Positions 18,201 to 24,000 of a stretch of 24,000 bases of DNA are shown piece after piece (within the stretch, counting starts at the first letter, position 1; each line of letters begins with the position of its first letter). Under the pieces are notes generated by a model, which was given only the letters and a program-made list of their open reading frames with translations, had not been told where the DNA came from and did not search any database. The translations under genes and the position numbers were made by a program. The stretch is from Arcobacteraceae bacterium (GTDB taxonomy: Bacteria; Campylobacterota; Campylobacteria; Campylobacterales; Arcobacteraceae). Where the stretch lies: NCBI GenBank assembly GCA_028687375.1, contig JAQUAG010000011.1, positions 32,922 to 56,921 on the forward strand. The letters are read 5' to 3'.

Positions 18201-19004
18201 TTAAAAACTTTGAATGTCTTTTTGATTTATATTTTTTTGAAGATAATTTGAAATTTGAACTAAACAATAAGTAACTATAAAAATAAACAATCCAGAAAAA
18301 AAACTAATCCAAGGTGCAACATCCATAACATCTTTCCCATCACTTAAAATTGTACCCAAACTCATTTGAGGAGGATTGATTCCCAGTCCTAAGAAACTTA
18401 GTCCAGATTCTCCTAAAATAGCTCCACCTACTCCAAAAGTAAAAGAAACCAAAAAAATAGGAGCAAGTAATGGTGCAAAATATTTAAATATTATTTTTGT
18501 ATTGGATACTTTAGCCAGTTTCAAGATTTTTATGTATGGTTTATTTCCAATTGCAAAACTTTCACTTCTAATCAGCCTAGCTGTACCCATCCATCCAGTT
18601 ACTGAAAGAACAATAATAATTACAAACATCGATGCATCAACATAACTTACAAGCGCAAGTAATAAAAAGAAAGTTGGAAAAGTTAAAAATAAATCTATTG
18701 TAATAACTATAGCTTTATCAATATTGCCTTTAAAGTAACCACCATTTATCCCTATAAATAAACCAATAATCGAAGTGATACTCGCACTTAAAAATCCAAT
18801 AATAAGTGAAACTTGTCCACCTTCTATAACTCTTGCCATTATATCTCTCCCAAGTCTATCAGTACCAAAAAGGTGCTCGATTGAAGGAGATTGTAAGATT
18901 TGAGAAGGATTTAAATCATAAGGGGAAACTGTATAAACAAATCCACCAAAAAAAGTAAAAAAAACTATAAATAATAAAATAAAAACATATACTTTTATAT
19001 TCAT
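18201..19004 (-). CDS. ABC transporter permease, oligopeptide/dipeptide (OppC/DppC) type
   Basis: EHLFGTDRLGRDIMARVIEGGQVSLIIG, FAPLLAPIFLVSFTFGVGGAILGESGLSFLGLGINPPQMSLGTIL. The tracked ORF begins at 19064 but overlaps rsmD. The ATG at 19002-19004 (MNIKVYVFIL...) is the preferred start. Confidence 0.9.
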   Translation of the reverse strand: MNIKVYVFILLFIVFFTFFGGFVYTVSPYDLNPSQILQSPSIEHLFGTDRLGRDIMARVIEGGQVSLIIGFLSASITSIIGLFIGINGGYFKGNIDKAIVITIDLFLTFPTFFLLLALVSYVDASMFVIIIVLSVTGWMGTARLIRSESFAIGNKPYIKILKLAKVSNTKIIFKYFAPLLAPIFLVSFTFGVGGAILGESGLSFLGLGINPPQMSLGTILSDGKDVMDVAPWISFFSGLFIFIVTYCLVQISNYLQKNINQKDIQSF

Positions 19005-19014
19005 AGTAAAAGTT

Positions 19015-19611
19015 CTACTCCTCGCTTTCAAATCTCTCAAAATAAGAAAGAGAACTATTTCCAAATTTTTTTGTTTTATATTTTCTAAAACTTCCTAAAA
19101 TATCAGGTAAAACAAGTTCTGCTTTGTGTTCAAAAGTGATTAAAAATATATTTTCATTTGTAAAAGATTCAACCATCTCATAAGATTTTTGATAGATATT
19201 TTCCATCCCATCTCTAAAATCAAATGGTGGATCAATATAAACAATAATTGCATCATTTTTAAAACTATTATTAACTAGTCTTGGTAAAACTTCAAAAGTA
19301 TCACCTAAAATTGGTGTAGAATTATCTGCATCGATTGTTTTACAATTTCTTTCAAGTATTTTATATGATTTCTTATCTATTTCACAAAAATAACTATGTT
19401 TTGCACCTCTACTTAAAGCCTCAAGACCAATACTTCCACTTCCACCAAATGCCTCTATGAAAATAGTATCAATTACATCATATTGCAATACATTAAAAAA
19501 TGATTCTTTTAAAATCGCTTTGCTACTTCTTGTTGTTTCTAAGGCTGGTAATTCGACAGATTTACCTTTATACTTTCCTGCTATTATTTTTGTTATTAAT
19601 TTATTACTCAT
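19015..19611 (-). CDS. rsmD: 16S rRNA (guanine966-N2)-methyltransferase RsmD
   Basis: IIAGKYKGKSVELP, TRSSKAILKESFFNVL, FIEAFGGSGSIGLEALSRGAKH, VYIDPPF (RsmD/N6-adenine-type motif). Confidence 0.9.
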   Translation of the reverse strand: MSNKLITKIIAGKYKGKSVELPALETTRSSKAILKESFFNVLQYDVIDTIFIEAFGGSGSIGLEALSRGAKHSYFCEIDKKSYKILERNCKTIDADNSTPILGDTFEVLPRLVNNSFKNDAIIVYIDPPFDFRDGMENIYQKSYEMVESFTNENIFLITFEHKAELVLPDILGSFRKYKTKKFGNSSLSYFERFESEE

Positions 19612-19640
19612 TTTATATTTCCAATTTTAAAATATTTATA

Positions 19641-21164
19641 TTATCTAGCATATCCACTAGCTCTTAGTTCTCTGATAACATTTACCTTGATTTCACCTGG
19701 ATACTGTACTTTATCCTCGATTGTTTGCGCTATTTTAGTTGCCATTAGTATCGCTTCATCATCATTTACAAGTTTTGCATTTACTATCACTCGTATCTCT
19801 CGACCTGCATTAATGGCATAGGCATTAATAACACCAATATTGCTACTAGCTATCTCTTCTATCTCTTCAACTCTTTTTAGGAAACTTTCAAGCACTTCTC
19901 TTCTTGCTCCTGGTCTTGCAGCACTTAAAGCATCAGCAGCACAAACAGCAGCACTTTCTATACTATTAGCTTCTTCATGTCCATGATGAGCATAGATTGC
20001 ATTGATAACTTCTTCAGGTTCTCCAAGTTTTTTACATAGGTCTGCTCCAATATCAACATGGCTACCTTTCATCTCATGAGTCAATGCTTTCCCAATATCA
20101 TGTAACAATCCAGCCCGTCTAGCTTTTACAGTATCACCACCAAGTTGTGAAGCAATCAATCCAGCTAAATTTGCAACTTCAAGTGTATGCGCTAGTGCAT
20201 TTTGCCCATAACTAGCTCTATATCTAAGACGTCCAACAAGTTCAATAAGTTCTGGATGCATATTTTTAATACCAAGTTCTAAAATAGTATTTTCACCCTC
20301 TTTTAAAATTCCCGCATCAAATTCACTTTTAACTCTTTGATAGACCTCTTCAATTCTAGCAGGTTGAATTCGTCCATCTTCAATCAACTCCTCTATCACT
20401 TTTGTTGCAATCGCACGTCTGTAAAGGTTAAAACTACTTACAGTAATAGTATTTGGAATATCTCCAATGATAATATCAACCCCCAAACACATCTCAAGAG
20501 TTTTAATATTTCTCCCCTCTTTTCCTATGATTTTCCCTTTTGTCTCTTCATCTTTTAAAGAGATATTATTTGTAAGTCTTTCAGCTGCAAACTCCCCTGC
20601 ATATCTTGTAACTGCATGAGAAAGGATATTTTGAACTTCTTTTCTAGAATTCTTTTGAGCTTCTTTATACACTTTTCTAAAAATTGAAGCTGTTACATCT
20701 CTTGATTCATCTTTTACAAGGTCAATCATCATCTCCTTTGCTTCTGGTTGCGTCAGCCCACTTACATTTTCTAAAATTCTTATAATCTTTTCGAGTTTCT
20801 TATTATAATCTTTCTCTTGATATTCAAGTCCTTTTCGTAAAGCTTCTATTTTTGTTTTAGATTCTAAAACGGTTGCTTTATCTTTTTTGATATTTTCTAA
20901 TTCTATCTCAAGATGATAATTTATCTCTTTTTCTTTTTTTTCAATTAATTTTTTTGATTCTTTAAACTCATTATCGAACTCTTTTTTAGCTCTTAATTTT
21001 GCATCTTTAAGCAAATTTTCCGCTTCAAGTTCAATCACTTTTGCTTTTGCTTTTGCTTGTTCTATATAAATATCAAATTTTGCATTATCTATTTTTTTAG
21101 ATATTATAAACCCCACAATTGCACTTATTGCAGATATTATAAATGCCCCTACTATCTCTTCCAT
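19641..21164 (-). CDS. rny: Ribonuclease Y
   Basis: N-terminal TM, long coiled coil, KH region (GKIIGKEGRNIKTLEMCLGVDIIIGDIPNTITVSSFNLYRRAIA), and HD domain (LAHTLEVANLAGLIA...ARRAGLLHDIGKALTHE..GSHVDIGADL). Confidence 0.96.
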   Translation of the reverse strand: MEEIVGAFIISAISAIVGFIISKKIDNAKFDIYIEQAKAKAKVIELEAENLLKDAKLRAKKEFDNEFKESKKLIEKKEKEINYHLEIELENIKKDKATVLESKTKIEALRKGLEYQEKDYNKKLEKIIRILENVSGLTQPEAKEMMIDLVKDESRDVTASIFRKVYKEAQKNSRKEVQNILSHAVTRYAGEFAAERLTNNISLKDEETKGKIIGKEGRNIKTLEMCLGVDIIIGDIPNTITVSSFNLYRRAIATKVIEELIEDGRIQPARIEEVYQRVKSEFDAGILKEGENTILELGIKNMHPELIELVGRLRYRASYGQNALAHTLEVANLAGLIASQLGGDTVKARRAGLLHDIGKALTHEMKGSHVDIGADLCKKLGEPEEVINAIYAHHGHEEANSIESAAVCAADALSAARPGARREVLESFLKRVEEIEEIASSNIGVINAYAINAGREIRVIVNAKLVNDDEAILMATKIAQTIEDKVQYPGEIKVNVIRELRASGYAR

Positions 21165-21709
21165 ATCGTACCCTTATTTGTAATAATATAATCAGATTTT
21201 ATATCATGTATTTGGGTTAAAGTTGTTTTTGATTGACACAAACAAAGCTGTGTAAACACTATTTTTGGTCTATAATCTAAGCTAGCAAAAAATCTATCGT
21301 AAAAACCAACACCAAATCCAACTCTTCTAAAAGTATCATCAGTCCCAACAATAGGTACTATTGCTAAATCTATTTTTACCCTTAATGAGGAGTCATTTGG
21401 TTCGTATATATTGTACTTTTGCTTATTCAAAGGGAGTCTGTAAGGGACAACCTTTAAACTATTTCCCATCATCAATGGAACATAAACTTTATAATTTTTT
21501 TCTCTTCTTAAAATATTTATTAAACTTCGTACATTCACTTCCATATCAAGGGGAATATACAATAAAATACTTTTTGGTTTTTCAATTTTTATAACTTCTA
21601 ATATCTTTTTTGATATAAATTTATCTTTTTTAATTTTTCCAAATTTACTACAAAACTTTAACTTTTTAATACATAATTTTCTAAAATCACTCTTTGTAAG
21701 ATTTTTCAT
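21152..21709 (-). CDS. 5-formyltetrahydrofolate cyclo-ligase family protein
   Basis: SDFRKLCIKKL, ILLYIPLDMEVNVRSLI, DLAIVPIVGTDDTFRRVGFGVGFYDRF. The tracked start is 21745; the ATG at 21707-21709 (MKNLTKSDFRK) looks more likely. 13-nt overlap with the rny start. Confidence 0.85.
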   Translation of the reverse strand: MKNLTKSDFRKLCIKKLKFCSKFGKIKKDKFISKKILEVIKIEKPKSILLYIPLDMEVNVRSLINILRREKNYKVYVPLMMGNSLKVVPYRLPLNKQKYNIYEPNDSSLRVKIDLAIVPIVGTDDTFRRVGFGVGFYDRFFASLDYRPKIVFTQLCLCQSKTTLTQIHDIKSDYIITNKGTIWKR

Positions 21710-21767
21710 CTTTATTAAGCCTCTATTGGATAAAATCCGAGCCACATATTACCAAAAGGAAATAAAA

Positions 21768-22319
21768 ATGAAGATTAAAAAATTATTGTTTTTTGCATTA
21801 TTATCTCTAAGTTTAATAACTGGCTGCGATAAAAAAGAGGAGATTGGTAGCGATGCTATTGCTCAACCAATTGCTAAAGATATCACTTTAAATTTAAAAA
21901 CTACTACAGGTGATGATTTAACAGTCGAGAGAAAAAAAGGCATCTGGTCTTTTGAACAATATCCAAACAAAACTGTATTAGTTGTCTTTTTTGCAACATG
22001 GTGTCCGCCTTGCAAAGCTGAAATTCCACACCTTATTAATCTTCAAGCAAAATATGGAAAAGATTTTCAAGTTATATCTGTATTAGCTGAACAGAATAAA
22101 CCAAACGAAGAACTAGCAAATTTTATAGCTGAATATAAAATTAGTTATCCTGTAACAAATAGTGATGAAAATTTTAAATTTGCAGATGCTGTTGGTGGAG
22201 TTGATGGGATACCTGCTATGTTCTTATTTGATAAAAAAGGTGCAATAGTTATGCAATATGAAGGTGCTACGCAAGAAGAAATTTTAGACAGCGATATAAG
22301 CAAACATATTGGTAAGTAG
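21768..22319 (+). CDS. TlpA/ResA-like thioredoxin-family lipoprotein
   Basis: MKIKKLLFFALLSLSLITGCD (lipobox), VLVVFFATWCPPCKAEIPHLINLQAKYG, GIPAMFLFDKKG (cis-Pro loop). ATG at 21768 preceded by AAAAGGA; the longer tracked start at 21726 is less likely. Confidence 0.9.
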   Translation: MKIKKLLFFALLSLSLITGCDKKEEIGSDAIAQPIAKDITLNLKTTTGDDLTVERKKGIWSFEQYPNKTVLVVFFATWCPPCKAEIPHLINLQAKYGKDFQVISVLAEQNKPNEELANFIAEYKISYPVTNSDENFKFADAVGGVDGIPAMFLFDKKGAIVMQYEGATQEEILDSDISKHIGK

Positions 22320-23261
22320 ATGTTTAGTCTTTTTACAAAGAAAAAAGAGGTAGAGCCAGAGGCTATTGAATCATCTCCAAAAGAGGAAAAAAGTTTTTTT
22401 TCTAAAGCTTTAGAAAAAACTATCCAAAATATTGCAACTATTGCAAATTTTGGATCTAAAGCTGAAAAACTCTCTTTTGAAACAATTGAAGAGATTTTAA
22501 TTGAATCAGATATGACCTATGACATTGTAGAACTCGCAATGGATGGGTTACCAAATATGATTTCAAGAGATCAGTTAAGACATAGACTTATCTCACTTTT
22601 TGAATTTGCTCCAAAAATTAATTTTAATAATCTCCCTAAACCCTATGTACAACTTATTATTGGAGTAAATGGTGCTGGGAAAACTACAACAATTGCAAAA
22701 CTCACAAATATGTACACAAAAGCTGGTAAAAAAGTGATTTTAGGTGCAGGAGATACTTTTAGAGCAGCAGCAATTGAGCAACTTTCTATTTGGGCTTCAA
22801 AACTTGATGTTCCTATTATTAAAACAAAACAAGGGCATGATTCAAGTGCTGTTGCATTTGATACTATACAATCAGCTGTTGCTAAAAATATTGACCATTG
22901 TATTATAGATACAGCAGGAAGACTACAAACTCAAGCAAATCTTAATAAAGAGTTAGAAAAAATTGTAAAAGTATGCAATAAAGCACAAGATGGAGCTCCT
23001 CATCAAAAACTTCTTATCCTTGATGGAACACAAGGAAATAGTGCCATTGCTCAAGCAAAAGCTTTCAATGAAATAGTTGGAGTTGATGGAATAATTGTTA
23101 CAAAACTTGATGGAACAAGTAAAGGTGGAGCATTATTTAGTATCTCAAATGAACTTGAACTTCCTATTTTGTATGTGGGAATTGGAGAAAAAGCAGATGA
23201 TTTAATCCCTTTTTCTCCAGATGCTTTTGTTGATAGTTTACTTGATGGAATCTACTCCTAA
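22320..23261 (+). CDS. ftsY: Signal recognition particle receptor FtsY
   Basis: [82 protein letters not shown]. Confidence 0.97.
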   Translation: MFSLFTKKKEVEPEAIESSPKEEKSFFSKALEKTIQNIATIANFGSKAEKLSFETIEEILIESDMTYDIVELAMDGLPNMISRDQLRHRLISLFEFAPKINFNNLPKPYVQLIIGVNGAGKTTTIAKLTNMYTKAGKKVILGAGDTFRAAAIEQLSIWASKLDVPIIKTKQGHDSSAVAFDTIQSAVAKNIDHCIIDTAGRLQTQANLNKELEKIVKVCNKAQDGAPHQKLLILDGTQGNSAIAQAKAFNEIVGVDGIIVTKLDGTSKGGALFSISNELELPILYVGIGEKADDLIPFSPDAFVDSLLDGIYS

Positions 23262-23275
23262 AAATGTGACCTATC

Positions 23276-24000
23276 TTGGAGCCACTCAAACTTATAAATA
23301 ATAAAAAAGAGTGGCTCTATCTCTTTATTATTTTTTTACTTTTTTTCTCTTTTAATAGCTACAAAGAATATAATAACTTTAAAGAATTTAGTTCAGATGA
23401 GATCTATCAAACAAGTGGGAAAGTTTTAAATATCTTTCCAGATAAAGATCAAACTAAAAATACGAATATTGCCAAAATTGAAACTGCTAACTTCACTTTT
23501 TTTACATCGATTCCAAATACAATAGAACTCAAACAATCAAATCATATAGAGTTTATTGTAGTATCACAAAAAGTCACATTTTATGATTTTGTTAAAGGAT
23601 TTTTTGCCCCAACTTTCAATGTCGAACTATTACCATCAAATCCAACAATTATAGAGAATATCAATCAAACAATACTTGCTCAACATCAAAATTCACTCAT
23701 CGGAAATCTTTTTAATACCCTCTTCTTTGCAACAAGTTTAAATAAAGAGTTACAAAATCTTTGTGCAATTTATGGTATATCCCATATTGTGGCTATTAGT
23801 GGATTTCATCTTGGAATTATCTCTTTTGTTTTATTTTTTATTTTTAATCTTCTTTATTCCCCCATACATCAAAAATATTTTCCATACAGAAATAAAAAAG
23901 TAGATATTTTAATTTTAATTAGTGTTATATTGTTTCTTTATCTCTTAGCAATAAACCTTGTTCCCTCTTTTTTGAGGTCATTCTTAATGTTTCTTTTTGG
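23276..24000 (+). CDS. comEC: ComEC/Rec2-like DNA internalisation protein, 5' part (continues beyond the window; absent from the supplied ORF track)
   Basis: The frame with codons at positions = 2 mod 3 is open from after TGA 23267 to the window end: MEPLKLINNKKEWLYLFIIFLLFFSFNSYKEY...NQTILAQHQNSLIGNLFNTLFFATSLNKELQNLCAIYGISHIVAISGFHLGIISFVLFLIFNLLY.... The HIVAISGFHLGII motif is typical of ComEC. TTG 23276 is the only ATG/GTG/TTG I find before the conserved region. Confidence 0.8.
   Translation, partial: MEPLKLINNKKEWLYLFIIFLLFFSFNSYKEYNNFKEFSSDEIYQTSGKVLNIFPDKDQTKNTNIAKIETANFTFFTSIPNTIELKQSNHIEFIVVSQKVTFYDFVKGFFAPTFNVELLPSNPTIIENINQTILAQHQNSLIGNLFNTLFFATSLNKELQNLCAIYGISHIVAISGFHLGIISFVLFFIFNLLYSPIHQKYFPYRNKKVDILILISVILFLYLLAINLVPSFLRSFLMFLF
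23277..23335 (+). terminator. Long-loop inverted repeat after ftsY (terminator-like or 5' hairpin of comEC)
   Basis: GAGCCACTC (23279-23287) and GAGTGGCTC (23309-23317) are perfect 9-bp arms with a 21-nt A-rich loop. The stem can extend to 11 bp with one G-U pair. TATCTCTTTATTATTTTTTT follows. Confidence 0.5.

Noticed and set aside
17398-18204. ORFs 17398-17610 (-), 17907-18119 (-) and 17932-18204 (+) inside the chemoreceptor
   Set aside because: Out-of-frame readings of MCP/CZB coding sequence.
1-24000. Search by eye for CRISPR arrays, tRNAs/rRNAs, transposase genes, att-like direct repeats or phage genes
   Set aside because: None seen. The window is nearly fully occupied by conserved core genes with short intergenic gaps.

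Overview
AT-rich 24 kb chromosomal window from a Campylobacterota genome. The Arcobacter lineage is my best guess, from protein flavour and gene content only. It is almost entirely ordinary core genome: mreC (3' end), a secreted cyclophilin, an ankyrin protein, thiS, a small lipoprotein, an ATP-sulfurylase-like protein, queH, an RMD1/DUF155 protein, a Pit transporter, the reverse-strand run nusA-cysS-thrB-rnpM(ylxR)-infB-rbfA-rimP-ribD, a cytoplasmic CZB chemoreceptor split by a frameshift, an Opp/Dpp-type permease, rsmD, rny, 5-formyl-THF cyclo-ligase, a TlpA-like lipoprotein, ftsY and the 5' end of a comEC-like gene. I found no CRISPR array, mobile element, phage, RNA gene or clearly novel multi-gene system. 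The observations most worth a second look are: (1) the 'sulfate adenylyltransferase' homologue keeps the HxxH nucleotide motif but has lost the expected sulfate-contacting residues; (2) a TlpD-like chemoreceptor is interrupted by a single -1 frame disruption in a short A run; (3) a 9-bp perfect inverted repeat sits at the only usable start codon of comEC, just after ftsY; (4) two tandem hairpins with the same apex (ACAAGT) lie between cysS and thrB.
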